Assembly: GCA_002269645.1 (NCBI GenBank)
Contig: NIVC01001253.1
Location: 186,001 to 250,000, forward strand
Direction: 5' to 3'
DNA length: 64,000 nucleotides
Origin: Macrostomum lignano
Taxonomy: Eukaryota
A model generated the notes under the pieces. The model saw only the letters and a list, made by a program, of their open reading frames with translations, ran no database searches and was not told the origin of the DNA. Position 1 is the first letter of the stretch. Each line of letters opens with the position of its first letter. This document shows positions 1 through 13,760 of the stretch, in pieces. Position numbers and translations under genes: made by a program.

Positions 1-1007
1 GCAGAGAGACGGCTGGGCTCACGCCAAGCGCAGTCGGATGAGACTGCAGTGACCTGAGGACTTCGTTGCTCAGATTTACAAGTTTCGCTGGACTAGACTT
101 CCAGACATGAAAACTGTGTGCTTTACCGTTGGGTTTTCTTGTTTTTTCTAGTACGAGCTACATGCTCTTGGAATATTTTCCGTAGATTTTCCCTTGTTGC
201 TGACTCATTTCCCCTTTTTGCTCTTTTTGGGTAGTGTGCACATCGGGACCCATCGAATGGGAGCAGCCCTCTTGCTATGAACTGCAGTTTCGCACATTTG
301 CGCTGCAATTCAATTCACACTGCATGCTGAATTGCTTTTTCCATTCAAACTGCGTGTCTGCTTTGATGCGGGTTTTTTTCTGCGATTTTGTTCTGCGGAC
401 TTCAATACCCAATTGCCTGTTTGAGAAATCTGTTTGAGAAAGTTTACGGGCACATATTTCTGACAATATTTTAGATGTACTTTTACGGCTTAAAGCATTG
501 AGTGTACATGCTCCTGGATTATTTAGACACCTGGTCTCAGAATAAGCTCAATCAGCATGCAAATAAATATCATCATGTACTTTCATTGCGTATTAATGTA
601 CTCTGCAGTGACTGACAGCCTGACAACTCCCTCATGAACATTTACAGACTTGACAGAAATTTTCTATTTGATCTAATTGCTATGCTTACTGCTGATAGTA
701 CGTAGTAAATAGCTAAAAATTTTAATTTTTAATTTCGATGTTCAGATTGAATTCTGCACACACTACATGTACGTAACCTTACGTAACCTTACATGTACAT
801 ACATGTCAATATTTGTTAATATGCAGAAATAAATTTTTAAAAAATCACGGTGTTTCAATACCCGGAAAAAGTAAAAAGCCGTTAAATATATTCTCCTTAC
901 AATATTAAATATTCTGTCAACTGAACTACTAGTTGTTCAAATCTATTTGTTATATTTCTCTGCATGCTGCACATGTACAGCAGCTACAGCTTGAAACTCC
1001 TTGATCA

Positions 1008-2600
1008 GGTGCTTTGCGCTCCCAAGATGGTCTTTGCACTTCCAAGATGTGCTTGGCACTCCCAAGATGTGCTTGGCACTCCCAAGATGTGCTTGGCACT
1101 CCCAAGATGTGCTTGGCACTCCCAAGATGTGCTTGGCACTCCCAAGCTGCCATATAGTCAGATGTGCTTGGCACTCCCAAGATGTGCTTGGCACTCCCAA
1201 GCTGCCATATAGTCAGATGTGCTTGGCACTTCCAAGATGTGCTTGGCACTCCCAAGCTGCCATATAGTCAGATGTGCTTGGCACTCCCAAGATGTGCTTG
1301 GCACTCCCAAGCTGCCATATAGTCAGATGTGCTTGGCACTTCCAAGATGTGCTTGGCACTCCCAAGATGTGCTTGGCACTCCCAAGATGTGCTTGGCACT
1401 TCCAAGATGTGCTTGGCACTCCCAAGATGTGCTTGGCACTCCCAAGATGTGCTTGGCACTCCCAAGCTGCCATATAGTCAGATGTGCTTGGCACTTCCAA
1501 GATGTGCTTGGCACTCCCAAGATGTGCTTGGCACTCCCAAGATGTGCTTGGCACTTCCAAGATGTGCTTGGCACTCCCAAGATTCCATATATTCAGATGT
1601 GCTTGGCACTCCGAAGATTCCATAGTCAGATGTGCTTGGCACTCCCAAGATTCCATAGTCAGATGTGCTTGGCACTCCCAAGATTCCATAGTCAGATGTG
1701 CTTGGCACTGCCAAGCTGCCATATAGTCAGATGTGCTTGGCACTCCCAAGATTCCATATAGTCAGATGTGCTTGGCACTCCCAAGATTCCATATATTCAG
1801 ATGTGCTTGGCACTGCCAAGCTGCCATATAGTCAGATGTGCTTGGCACTCCCAAGATTCCATAGTCAGATGTGCTTGGCACTCCCAAGATTCTATATAGT
1901 CAGATGTGCTTGGCACTCCCAAGATTCCATAGTCAGATGTGCTTGGCACTCCCAACATTCCATAGTCAGATGTGCTTGGCACTCCCAAGATTCCATAGTC
2001 AGATGTGCTTGGCACTCCCAAGATTCCATAGTCAGATGTGCTTGGCACTGCCAAGCTGCCATATAGTCAGATGTGCTTGGCACTCCGAAGATTCCATAGT
2101 CAGATGTGCTTGGCACTCCCAAGATTCCATAGTCAGATGTGCTTGGCACTCCCAAGATTCCATATAGTCAGATGTGCTTGGCACTCCCAAGATTCTATAT
2201 AGTCAGATGTGCTTGGCACTCCCAAGATTCCATAGTCAGATGTGCTTGGCACTCCCAAGATTCCATAGTCAGATGTGCTTGGCACTCCCAAGATTCCATA
2301 GTCAGATGTGCTTGGCACTCCCAAGATTCCATAGTCAGATGTGCTTGGCACTCCCAAGATTCCATAGTCAGATGTGCTTGGCACTCCCAAGATTCCATAT
2401 ATTCAGATGTGCTTGGCACTGCCAAGCTGCCATATAGTCAGATGTGCTTGGCACTCCCAAGATGTGCTTGGCACTCCCAAGATGTGCTTGGCACTCCCAA
2501 GATGTGCTTGGCACTCCCAAGATGTGCTTGGCACTCCCAAGATGTGCTTGGCACTCCCAAGATGTGCTTGGCACTCCCAAGATGTGCTTGGCACTCCCAG
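1008..2600. repeat. Minisatellite with 20-bp core GATGTGCTTGGCACTCCCAA and interspersed 13/15-bp inserts
   Basis: Directly visible tandem array. Units are 20, 33 (+GATTCCATAGTCA) or 35 bp (+GCTGCCATATAGTCA). It generates the many 'WECQAHLGSAKHI' / 'MCLALPR' ORFs. Confidence 0.97.
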
Positions 2601-3228
2601 GATTTTGTTGTCAGGTACTCGCAGCATAACCTGGTGTTACAGCTGATGCACCTCACCCTACCCGAGAACAGGCATTTACAGTAATTTGTGCTTCATGGGA
2701 TTCCTACGGGTAGACGACGGACTCTGCCAGTGGCGCGTCGTTTATCCGCGCCAAGGCCTTGAGGTGACGCTGTTTCTACAGACACTAAAACACTGGTAAA
2801 GGGTCATCTGGAGCTGTTGCTTGACCTTTATGCCAAACTTTCAATGAGTGACTCCTGCTCATAGTTTGAAATTTCATTTGAATGTGACAGGTCTGTGAGT
2901 TCAGAGTAAACATTACGAAGCTAGGCAAACTCAGCTCACCCAAAGCCGCTTTATCTCAGCAGCCATTTAGAGCAAACAGCATGCACTAACGACATGACAT
3001 GCTTGCACTGGTTGGGCTCGAAGCTCGAAGCAACTCGAGTACAATCTCTTCTGCACACTAGAAGACTAGAAGAAATTTCGTAATGCTCTTGAAATGAAAC
3101 TACAGCTTTTGTCTGCCTTCTGCTTATATATTTGCAGCCAGAGGACTGCAGTTGAAGCCGAAAATATTTTCCAGAGTCATTCTGTGTAGGTACATTTTGA
3201 ATCAAGCGATCGTTGACAAGCTGACACT

Positions 3229-5325
3229 ATGCTGACTCTGATAGCCATGGGCCTCATTGCCGGGGCTGTGCTGCTGTTGTATTTTCTCTGCGTCAAGAAG
3301 GCACCAAAGCCGAACGAGCCGCCCAGTCCAGGCTGGATGCCCCTGGTAGGCAGCCTGCCGTACATGAAGAACAACCTGGCCTCTCAGATGCTGGAGAGCT
3401 TCCCAAACTCGCCTCTGGTCACTCTCTACTACGGTCTCGAGCCAGTCTACATCCTCAACAACTTTGAGGCCTTCGACGAGGCCATGGTGAAGCAGGGCCA
3501 ACGATTCATCGGCCGGCCAGTCCGGGTGCTGCAGAAGCCGACCTTGGGCAGCGACGGTGGCATTGTGTCCACCGAGGGCGAGCTGTGGCGCGAGTACCGG
3601 CGGTTCTCGCTGAAAACTCTGCGCGACTTCGGCTTCGGCAGACAGGGCGGTGAGGAGATCATCCTGAGGGAGGCTGGCGAGCTCTGCGAAGCCATCGACT
3701 CGACTCCGGCTGGGCAGGCCTTGAGCACCACCGACTTGCTCAGTCCCGCCGTCAGCAACGTCATCTGTCAGCTCGTGTTCGGCGCTCGCACAGCCACGGA
3801 GGATCCGAGATTCCCCAAACTGCTGGACATGTTCCAGTCCCTTACGCAACGTCGAGCTGCTAGACACATGAACATCATGCTGGGTGCGAACTACAAGTAC
3901 TTTGAGCAGTTCAGCTTCCTGGCCAAGCTGATGCTGCTGCGACCGGAGAGGCGGCGAGTGATTCAGCTGAGCCGGCAGCTGCTGCAGTTCTGCAAAGAGC
4001 AGGTGGCCAAGCACAAGGGCGATGCGGACATGCAGTCTGAGCCGAGGGATTACATCGATGCGCACCTGCAGCATCAGACTAATCTAGGTGAGTATTTTGC
4101 TGTACTATTTTCAAATCTCATATGGAGACTATGGGAGCTTATCTGAACACCTTGGACTGTCCAACTAAGATACCTGTGAAAGCTCTCCTAATCGGAATTT
4201 TTTATATCTGATGAAGATCTCACAAACACTTTGTCACTATTTGGCACTGCTAATGAAAATGTTAGCCTCCGTTTAAGATAAAAACCACCAGTGTTGAGAC
4301 AAAAAACAATTACTTGTTAACTCTAAGTTCATAGGCACATTTAGGACTGTAGTAGTCTCTAATGTTGCAGCCATACACTATTTTTAAACACATCAACTCT
4401 TACTTAATGATAAGTTCTATGAAATTCTCAAAAAAGAGTGTCCATGTCCCTAAGCTACTGAAATCAATATTTAAGCTACTCGGGTAGAAAATATGATATC
4501 TATGATCCAGACACTGTAACCCCATACTTTTGAGGATTAGAGAAGTTACGAAATTTTTTAGAAACTTTCGCTGCTATATATTATTGCGGTACAGAATTCA
4601 TTCAGAAACAGTCGCACTGTTGAATTCGTCTGTCAGTGTCACTCAACCAGCTCGAAATTTTTGCAGAAAGCGACAGAATATTCAACGACCTCCGCCTCGC
4701 CATGGCCATTCGCGACCTTTTCGTGGCCGGAACCGACACCACCTCCAACACGCTGCGCTGGGGCATCCTGTACATGATCGAGAACCCGGACGTGGCTGAG
4801 AAAGTGTTCGAAGAGATTCGAGTCAACGTTGGCACGGAGAGAATGCCAACAATGAAGGACAAGGGCAGTCTGCACTACACGGTAGCGGTGCTGGAGGAGG
4901 TGCAACGGCTCGGCACCCTCGTTCCCATGGGTGTGGCTCACCGCTGCGTTGAAGACTCCGTCATCTGCGGCTATCGGATTCCCGCTGACAGCGTGGTGGT
5001 GCCGAACATCTACGGAATCCATCGCGATCCGAGAGTGTTCCCGGAGCCGGAGAAGTTCAAGCCCGAGCGGTACCTGGACGAGGACGGCCGCTTCAGCCCG
5101 AACGAGTCAGTGGTGCCGTTCGGCTCGGGCAAGCGAGCCTGCCTTGGCGAGAGCCTCGCCCGCATGGAGCTTTTTGTCTTTTTCACGAGACTCATGCAGC
5201 GCTACAGGTTTGGTCTGGACCCAGCAGAGCGGCGCAGCATCAGCGAGATCAAAGACAACGCCGAGAATCACGGCGGAGGAATTCGGGCTCCGGCTGAGCA
5301 CAAAATTGTCTTCACGCCGAGGTGA
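3229..5325 (+). CDS. Cytochrome P450, clan 2 (CYP2-like), 2 exons, 505 aa
   Basis: Exons 3229-4087 and 4667-5325 joined by a phase-1 GT-AG intron (CTAG|gtgagt ... ttgcag|AA), 1518 nt in total. N-terminal membrane anchor, PPSPGWMPLVG hinge, I-helix AGTDTT, K-helix EVQR, PERY, heme motif PFGSGKRACLG. Confidence 0.95.
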
Positions 5326-5419
5326 TGCAGGGGACAATTAATGTCGAACCGATGGGATAACAGCGCACTGCTCACAGTTTCAAATTAATTATTACCTTAC
5401 AATCCTGTCCACTATAGTT

Positions 5420-5739
5420 CAGGGGTTGGAAAACCAAAGCCCACGGACAAAAATGCGGCCAGTGCAGCCTCTCCGTCCTTTGAAACTTCACAATAGCGAT
5501 CCAGCCACTCAATGTAAGCTTCCCTTATTCATTCTCTCCGCTTTCCTCTCTTTTCACTTTTCTCTCTTCTCCACCCTCTCCTCTCACCCCTATCCTCTTT
5601 TCTCTTCTTTTCTCCTCTCCTCTCTCCTCTTCTCTCCTTTTCTCCGCTCTTCTCCTCTTCCTCTCCTCATCTTCCCGCCGCTATAATCCATCCAGATTCT
5701 TTATCTGGCCTTTGAGCTAAAAAAGTTTTACGACCCCTG
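5420..5739. mobile_element. hAT/Charlie-like MITE (copy 1) with internal CT tract
   Basis: Terminal inverted repeats CAGGGGTTGGAAAAC ... GTTTTACGACCCCTG. Degenerate 8-bp flanks (ctatagtt/atataaat) have a central TA. Related to the elements at 15608 and ~51050. Confidence 0.6.
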
Positions 5740-6677
5740 ATATAAATGTAATTTCATAGTATAAGAAACAATATTACTAGCACAGATATATGTCGTAGTA
5801 TTGTAGTATGGTACTAGTATAGATGTATAGTGAGCGCAGAGAGGAATCAAGATATTTAATCAGAAGCCTGGTTAGTCTTCATCTGGCATGGACTATTTAT
5901 ATGTACCATTCCTATTTGCACATTTTTCTAACAATAACTTTCACGTTCTTTTAAACGGTTTTAATACATGTACGAGTATATGATTTTAAATTCATATAGA
6001 ATGTGAATACAGATTTTTATTTTGATGAATAAACGATATAAAATATGACTTATAACGAGTTAAAATACACTATATAAGCAAAGAATTTTCAATTTCTAAC
6101 ATAGCTTCTCAGTATTCAACTTGCGCTGCTAAGTACAATGGATGAGTTTTAACTTTAAAAACCTTTCGGACCTGATTCTTTAGCGCTCTAATAGCTAGGC
6201 TCCCAACCCTGTCAGATGGCCAGCCCAAGGTTAGCGAGAATGTGACAAGCAACAAGGTTATTGAGACAGACAATTAAGAAGGTAGAAACAAGCTCACAGA
6301 ACCAGCTCTCTCAAAATCTGGCTTTCAACTAGAAGGGATCTGAACATCTCTGAGAATTTCTGAATATTCTTATAAAATTTCTTGATCGCTTTCGGCCGTT
6401 TTGTCGACTATAACAGTACTAAAGTACATGACTAAAGTACATGACTAAAGTACATGCTGGGCTGGGTGGGTTCAATGATTTTTATACTTGATGCCATGGG
6501 TGATAAATAATTGACAGGAAACTGCATTGTTTCTAATGAGCAACTAGCGAGTTGTGTCGACAAATACTCGGCCCTTATTTTTCGTTCGGTTCTGGGGGCT
6601 CTTCTGCTTTAAATTGCAGGGCAAACAACTGGGTAATAAAAAAATTAACTTTGCATCAAGCACAGTTCAAGTGCATG

Positions 6678-7094
<417 letters not shown>

Positions 7095-7600
7095 ATCGAA
7101 TGAACCGAAATTTCACCCACTCACTATCTGAATGACTAACTGGTCCATTTTTTAATTAAAACCCGCGAGCTCACTATTAAAGCATTCCAAGCAACGCCTG
7201 CACCACTACATCTGTCCACTCTCGATCCTACTTGAAGAAACCCAAGGCCAGAATTTTTACTTTCGTAAGCATCTTGAAAGAAACTAAGCTAAGGCGTGTG
7301 CCCAAAATCAGCTAAAGGCCCAAAGTCAAATATTTTCAGAGCGTTTTACAGATTCCGTATCATTACGCTATGGGCAGGTGACCAGTAGGCCAGGTAGTTT
7401 AGTAAATAAATGTAGAAACTTCATCTAAGCTCGAATTTACGTTCAACTATCAAATTTGGCTTATCGGGGACATGCCATGTTTAGGTCTTTAATCTTTTGT
7501 AGAATAATTTTATCAAGTATGAATGCCTCATTAAACTTGTAAATGAAAATTGAATGTCTTACGTCAAAAAAGCTGCATGCGTTTGCATGATTTTAATCTT

Positions 7601-7842
7601 ATCCAAACCCACTCAGCCTCACAGCTTCATCCAGACCCACTCAGCCTCACAGCTTCATCCGGACCCACTCAGCCTCACAGCTTCATCCAGACCCACTCAG
7701 CCTCACAGCTTCATCCAGACCCACTCAGCCTCACAGCTTCATCCAGACCCACTCAGCCTCGCAGCTTCATCCAGACCCACTCAGCCTCACAGCTTCATCC
7801 AGACCCACTCAGCCTCACAGCTTCATCCAGACCCACTCAGCC
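7601..7842. repeat. 28-bp minisatellite ATCCAGACCCACTCAGCCTCACAGCTTC
   Basis: About 8.5 tandem copies. On the minus strand the unit reads AEWVWMKL*, the end of the WSC-PAN gene. Confidence 0.97.
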
Positions 7843-8740
7843 GCGCTAGCCACCTCAGCGGGCACAGCGGCGAACTTCAGCAGGCGGCACATCCGGCTCG
7901 AAGGTACGAAGGCACAGCCCAGGCAGTCCTGGCTGAGGCGGCAGGCCGCAATGCACTCTATGATGCTTCCAGCATCAGTGCTGCTGTAAATGATGGATCG
8001 AGCTGCTGGAGGCTGACATGTTCGGCATGGACGCAGCAGACTCCACGGTCATCTTGTTTCCGCCTACGGGTTCATAAATTGCGGTATTCGGAGATGATAA
8101 TTAGTTAAAGAATTGATGCAATCGCAGCAAAAGCTACTCACTCAGTGAGTAAGTGAGTTCGTAGATTGAATTTTTTCCGCTGGCGCCGCACTTTTGAGTT
8201 GTGTTGCCAGCGCAGTTGGCGCTGCAGCTGTCCTCAGTGGCGCCGTGCAGTCCGTAGGTGAAGCACCGCAGGTGCAGTAGGCGTTGTTCTGAGCACCGAA
8301 GTAGCGGAACAGGCCGTAGGCGCAGATTTGGCTGAACAGTTCCTGTTAAAGATGTTAAGTAATCGTTTATCTTAAAATAGTCAACTTTATATTTATAGTA
8401 AGTGAATCCAAGTTTTCCTTCTAAAATTTTCTATAACAGACTTCTTAATTATATCTATGGTTTTCGACTCCCTTACCTGCACCACTAAGTTTTGTTTGAG
8501 CTACGCCAGTGCTAAATTCCATGTTAACCCCTTCTTTTGCTATCTTTCTCAAAACTCAATAAACGCCGATTCATTATAACTTAACAAGGCTTTCTTAATA
8601 GTTCCAGCGTCATTGAAGTGTTTTAGCCAAAGACTGAGGACACGATTGAGTACGGGCCGATTGTGTTGATCGATTTCAGCCCTTTCAGATCTCGATTCGA
8701 TAAATCCACATAGCAACCGAGGTAGCGAAATTTCGACGTT
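7815..8740 (-). pseudogene. Decayed WSC + PAN/apple domain gene
   Basis: Minus-strand translation: FRYLGCYVDLSNRDLKG...G*NTSMTLE, then a 262-bp insertion flanked by GGAACT repeats, then ELFSQICAYGLFRYFGAQNNAYCTCG, a 1-bp frameshift at ~8262, and TYGLHGATEDSCSANCAGNTTQKCGASGKNSIY (WSC pattern). After a donor at 8141 comes SIIECIAACRLSQDCLGCAFVPSSRMCRLL...MKL* (PAN pattern). In-frame TAA at 8625-8623. Confidence 0.75.
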
Positions 8741-11700
8741 TGCACAGGCACAAAATTAGTCAGACAGAATTTAAGACTTGACAGCGTCAGGAAATGGCCG
8801 CAGTTACAATATGAAGATCTGCGGAGGGGACATGCATGACTGAAAATTGTTAGAGTGATTCAAACTGTTTTTCTACGACTGGTGAGGAAAGCAGATGCGT
8901 CTCTATAGGTGGGATGCAGTTTTTTTATAGTTATATACATACAATTTAACCTTCCCTCCCATTATGGCCATTGGTTAATTAGAGCTGTCACATGATCAGA
9001 GTTGTCCGTAGCGCTCAGCAATGCCAGACGAGCCATGCAGCAGGCCGAAAAAAGTCTATATCCTAGCATGATCGAGGGGATAAAAATTTTTATAATCCAA
9101 TTAATTTAATTCCTGCAGCTACTAACGCGTTTATGGCGCCAGAACTAGACTGATGCTTTTTATAGATAACAATTTTCTGACGTGATAAAGATCGAGACAA
9201 TTTTTTTGATAAGCTAGTCTGGCCAAAGCAAATATATAATGAGCAAAGGGGCTAGCTAAGGGTACAGGGGCATGCCCAACGTTAGTATATGTAGGATATA
9301 AAGCAGCTGTGCCTGTCAGGCAGGGCCTGGACGATTTAATTGCTGGCTAAAAGAAATATACTTTCCAAGTTTTGCTGGGATAAGTCGATGCAAAGTACAT
9401 GATGTAAAAGTGCATTTACAAGGTCAGCGACGTCACCCGGCGCGACGTCCGATTGCTTTTACGGGCGAGATGCATGTACATATGTATAAACGCCACTACT
9501 GGACACAAATTAGAGGTAGGCCTAAGGTAGGAACCAAATTTATATTTAATATCCTTGTAGTCTTGTTAGTAGAAATGTTAAGTTAGTAAGTGTAATAGTT
9601 TGGTAAAAGTTCTGTAAACAGAAAAGAGGTTTAGTATAGTGAATTCATTTTATAAATTTTATATACAACAATCTTTTAGCTTTGTTAACTTTATGTGGGT
9701 TTTATTTAGATTTTAATAGATTGTAAATGTTAATTGGGATATGTTTCTAAGAAACCCTTCGTAAATTTTAAAATGCGATTTGGTGCAGGTGCAGGCTCCC
9801 GGCGCTCCTCAATGAGATATAATTGACTAACTCGATAGCGCAAGTAAAACTAGGGTTGCGCCTAGATTTTTGGCTCTGCGCGTTGCCCCTGGACATCAGG
9901 AGGGCGATTTTTGCTATATTTTTCGGCAGTGAACCCAATAAATCCTTCCAGAGAGCTAAAAACCTGTCATGCAATATTTCAAAGCAAAATAGGCCTATAG
10001 GCAGATTTCGACGTGCGCATAAAATTTCAGCGTTGCTTGAATAATGATTGATATGATTGAATAATACCCATATTTTTTAAACAGTGCTGTACTGGTTTTT
10101 GGTTTACTAGTTTTTTAATTGCTGTAGGCCTACATCAAGTTCATGGAGTACTTGTTTATATAATTCCTTATTTATTCTATATAGGCCTACTTGTCAGTTC
10201 GTTAGCCATTAAGGCTTGTTCGAAGTTTCATAGGAAAATTATTACTATTAGTATTATTGTTAGACAATTTTTAGCCTGGGGCATTTAAATTCAAACATTT
10301 AAAAGCATGAAAAGAAGTTTCCTTTGAATATTTGACCTACTTCCAATTTTTTCATTGTTTGAAATTTTATATGTACTCAGCAATCTTGAAAAGTTGCCAC
10401 TCTGTTTGCCAGTGTCAGTGACCAATTTATCTTAGTGTCTTGGATTATTCTGAAATAAAAGATATGAGAAAGCTAATTGGGTAGCTCTAATCCATTCAAC
10501 AAAACCCTCACACACCTTCCTCAACTTCATTCCTCAACTTAGCTTGCCTTGCCCCAGTGTAGCTAAGCTAGGTTAACTTTTGTTACTTACAAAGGTTGGA
10601 AAAACTTGGAAATGATGGAAAAAACACAAAGCCCCAATAGTGGGCATTGAAATTATAATTCATTGTATTCATTATTCAGTATCTATAGTCTAGATCATGT
10701 TGAAATCCATACTGGAATAATTTGAACCAATGCATGCCAGTGCCAAATAGATGCACCAAGTAAGTGCAATTATAGTTTAATAACTGAGTGTTTATTGCTA
10801 GATGAAAATGGCACCTAAGCCAAGAAGTGTCCTGAAGTCAATTGTCCAAAGTTGTTTTAGATGCCTTGTGGATGATAGGTTAAATAGGAAAGAAGTGATT
10901 CTAAATGACTCTAAACCTTAAGGATACACAGGCCAAAAGGCACACAAAGCTGTGAGGCAGCAACAGTGCAATGAAGTATTAGGCCTAAAGAGGGGAGCAG
11001 AAAACAAACTCCCCACAAGTTGCAAGCATTTTTTACTTTTTTTGTTTAAAAAATAAAGTGCAGAGTGGCAAGAATGCAAAGACCATATAGCAACATAAAT
11101 AGACAGGCCTCCCCCCTCAGTTTAAACCTTAGTACTCTGCCCCATGTATATTGGCAAGCCACTGAATGTAGCAAAGTAATGGATATATACAAGTTGGTAA
11201 AAAGTTGCTAAAGAAGCACTTTAGGCCTAGTCACTGTAAAATTGTAAGTGTATCACTTTGGAGTTGATGAGCATGCATTTTGTATTTTCCTAGAAATGAC
11301 AATCCAACAGTCTGTTTAATACTGGTAGTATGCTCATAAAAACTCTATAATGTATCCAGAGCACCCCAAAAGTGATGCAGTTAATGATATTTTACAATGA
11401 CGCTAAAGTGCCTCTTGTGTAACTTTTTAGAAACTGCAAAACACTGCTGAAATGCCAGAAATATGACTAATTCATCAAGCAATGCAAATTCACTTCAAAC
11501 ACAACTCAGTGACTCTAGCTAATGTGACTCTGGAATGCCTCAAATATGACTCTGTGGCCCCAGGATTTATACTATTGCCCCAGAGTCACTAGAGTCGCGC
11601 CAGTATCACTTGCATCATCCCAGAATCATTTTAGAATTGCAGACAATAAAATACTTCAAAGTGATTCTGGGTGACTCTTTGACAACTTTTTTGCAACTTC

Positions 11701-12567
11701 TACCATGAAATCTCATTGCTTTAGGGGCATTTAAAATCACTTCTATCCTATTTGACCTATGTCATCTGCAACATGTCTGAAATGACTCTGGGGTGATACA
11801 AGTGACTCCACGATGCTTCTTGGCCTAAGTACCATTATTATTGGGAATTGTAGCAATTGTATATCTTACAAAGTTCATAACCTGCAGTGCAGCTACAATG
11901 GTTTTAGGACATTTCCTCAAATACCATTTGTTAAAAGCCTTTTTGTCAAACAGTAATGTGGTCATTTCGTCAAATGGTAGATAATAATAGAGCCCACTTT
12001 AACTTAAATTAAATAGAACTATATAGTAGTACAAGTATCTTAAGTAAAATGATATCACTTTGAAAATTTGTATTAATTGCAAATATGAATATATATACAA
12101 ACTATACTAAATCTCTGAACCTGACATAGGAAATTGAATCCGAAATACTAAAGTGAAAAAATAACCTTTAGATTCCTTAAATTCAACCATTTTACTTATA
12201 ATATTTTACTTTTTTGCCTCTGATAATTGGCAGTCATTTTATCAAATGCAAAGTAATTTTTCTTCATAACTTCTTTATAGAATGTATTTTAACTTTAGTG
12301 ACAATTTTTACATATAGTCACCAAGACTTGTGATCTAGTATCTAAAAGGCTTAAATTTAAGATGTTATAAATCAGACAAATGAAATGGATAATATCAGTC
12401 AGAAGATCAGAAGGTCAGAAAATCATGTTTTAGTTTATCTCTTTATGCTAATTCAAATGTCTATATAATTTATTTGTACACATTCATATTAGTTATACAT
12501 GAAAAAGACCAAATATAACCAAATAAAAATATGGAATGGAACTTTAAACATTATACAGCAAATTTAA

Positions 12568-13534
12568 NNNNNNNNNNNNNNNNNNNNNNNNNNNNNNNNN
12601 NNNNNNNNNNNNNNNNNNNNNNNNNNNNNNNNNNNNNNNNNNNNNNNNNNNNNNNNNNNNNNNNNNNNNNNNNNNNNNNNNNNNNNNNNNNNNNNNNNNN
12701 NNNNNNNNNNNNNNNNNNNNNNNNNNNNNNNNNNNNNNNNNNNNNNNNNNNNNNNNNNNNNNNNNNNNNNNNNNNNNNNNNNNNNNNNNNNNNNNNNNNN
12801 NNNNNNNNNNNNNNNNNNNNNNNNNNNNNNNNNNNNNNNNNNNNNNNNNNNNNNNNNNNNNNNNNNNNNNNNNNNNNNNNNNNNNNNNNNNNNNNNNNNN
12901 NNNNNNNNNNNNNNNNNNNNNNNNNNNNNNNNNNNNNNNNNNNNNNNNNNNNNNNNNNNNNNNNNNNNNNNNNNNNNNNNNNNNNNNNNNNNNNNNNNNN
13001 NNNNNNNNNNNNNNNNNNNNNNNNNNNNNNNNNNNNNNNNNNNNNNNNNNNNNNNNNNNNNNNNNNNNNNNNNNNNNNNNNNNNNNNNNNNNNNNNNNNN
13101 NNNNNNNNNNNNNNNNNNNNNNNNNNNNNNNNNNNNNNNNNNNNNNNNNNNNNNNNNNNNNNNNNNNNNNNNNNNNNNNNNNNNNNNNNNNNNNNNNNNN
13201 NNNNNNNNNNNNNNNNNNNNNNNNNNNNNNNNNNNNNNNNNNNNNNNNNNNNNNNNNNNNNNNNNNNNNNNNNNNNNNNNNNNNNNNNNNNNNNNNNNNN
13301 NNNNNNNNNNNNNNNNNNNNNNNNNNNNNNNNNNNNNNNNNNNNNNNNNNNNNNNNNNNNNNNNNNNNNNNNNNNNNNNNNNNNNNNNNNNNNNNNNNNN
13401 NNNNNNNNNNNNNNNNNNNNNNNNNNNNNNNNNNNNNNNNNNNNNNNNNNNNNNNNNNNNNNNNNNNNNNNNNNNNNNNNNNNNNNNNNNNNNNNNNNNN
13501 NNNNNNNNNNNNNNNNNNNNNNNNNNNNNNNNNN
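12568..13534. other. Assembly gap (967 N)
   Basis: Run of N. Confidence 1.
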
Positions 13535-13760
13535 GGCTGGTGCCCAGCAACTGAGGAATCTGAGTGGCTGGTCCAGCAACAGAGGGTCCTGGGGTTGGTA
13601 GCTTTAGCTTGTCTACCTTAGAATCTTCGGATACATTAGCTTATTCAAATGATCTGGGGGATATAGTACGGCTCTTTTTTAGAATCCAAGAACTGCTTAA
13701 TTGCCTAACCTTGAAGAAAAAAGCTTAGATACTAATTCTATTCAAAAATTTCTACGCCAG

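Noticed and set aside
1008-2600. CRISPR-like repeat/spacer appearance (constant palindromic 20-mer with inserts)
   Set aside because: The inserts are only two or three recurring variants rather than unique spacers, there are no cas genes, and the context is eukaryotic.
943-2684. Numerous overlapping ORFs (WECQAHL..., MCLALPR...)
   Set aside because: These are translations of a minisatellite in several frames on both strands.
3202-5337. Antisense and alternative-frame ORFs over the P450 (290 aa, 127 aa, etc.)
   Set aside because: Shadow ORFs of GC-rich coding sequence with no recognisable motifs.
11500-11810. Imperfect 28-bp inverted repeat and GACTC-rich motifs
   Set aside because: Probably a decayed foldback element; no TSD or clear boundaries to support a call.
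12531-13601. Long ORFs of X residues
   Set aside because: Artefact of the N gap.
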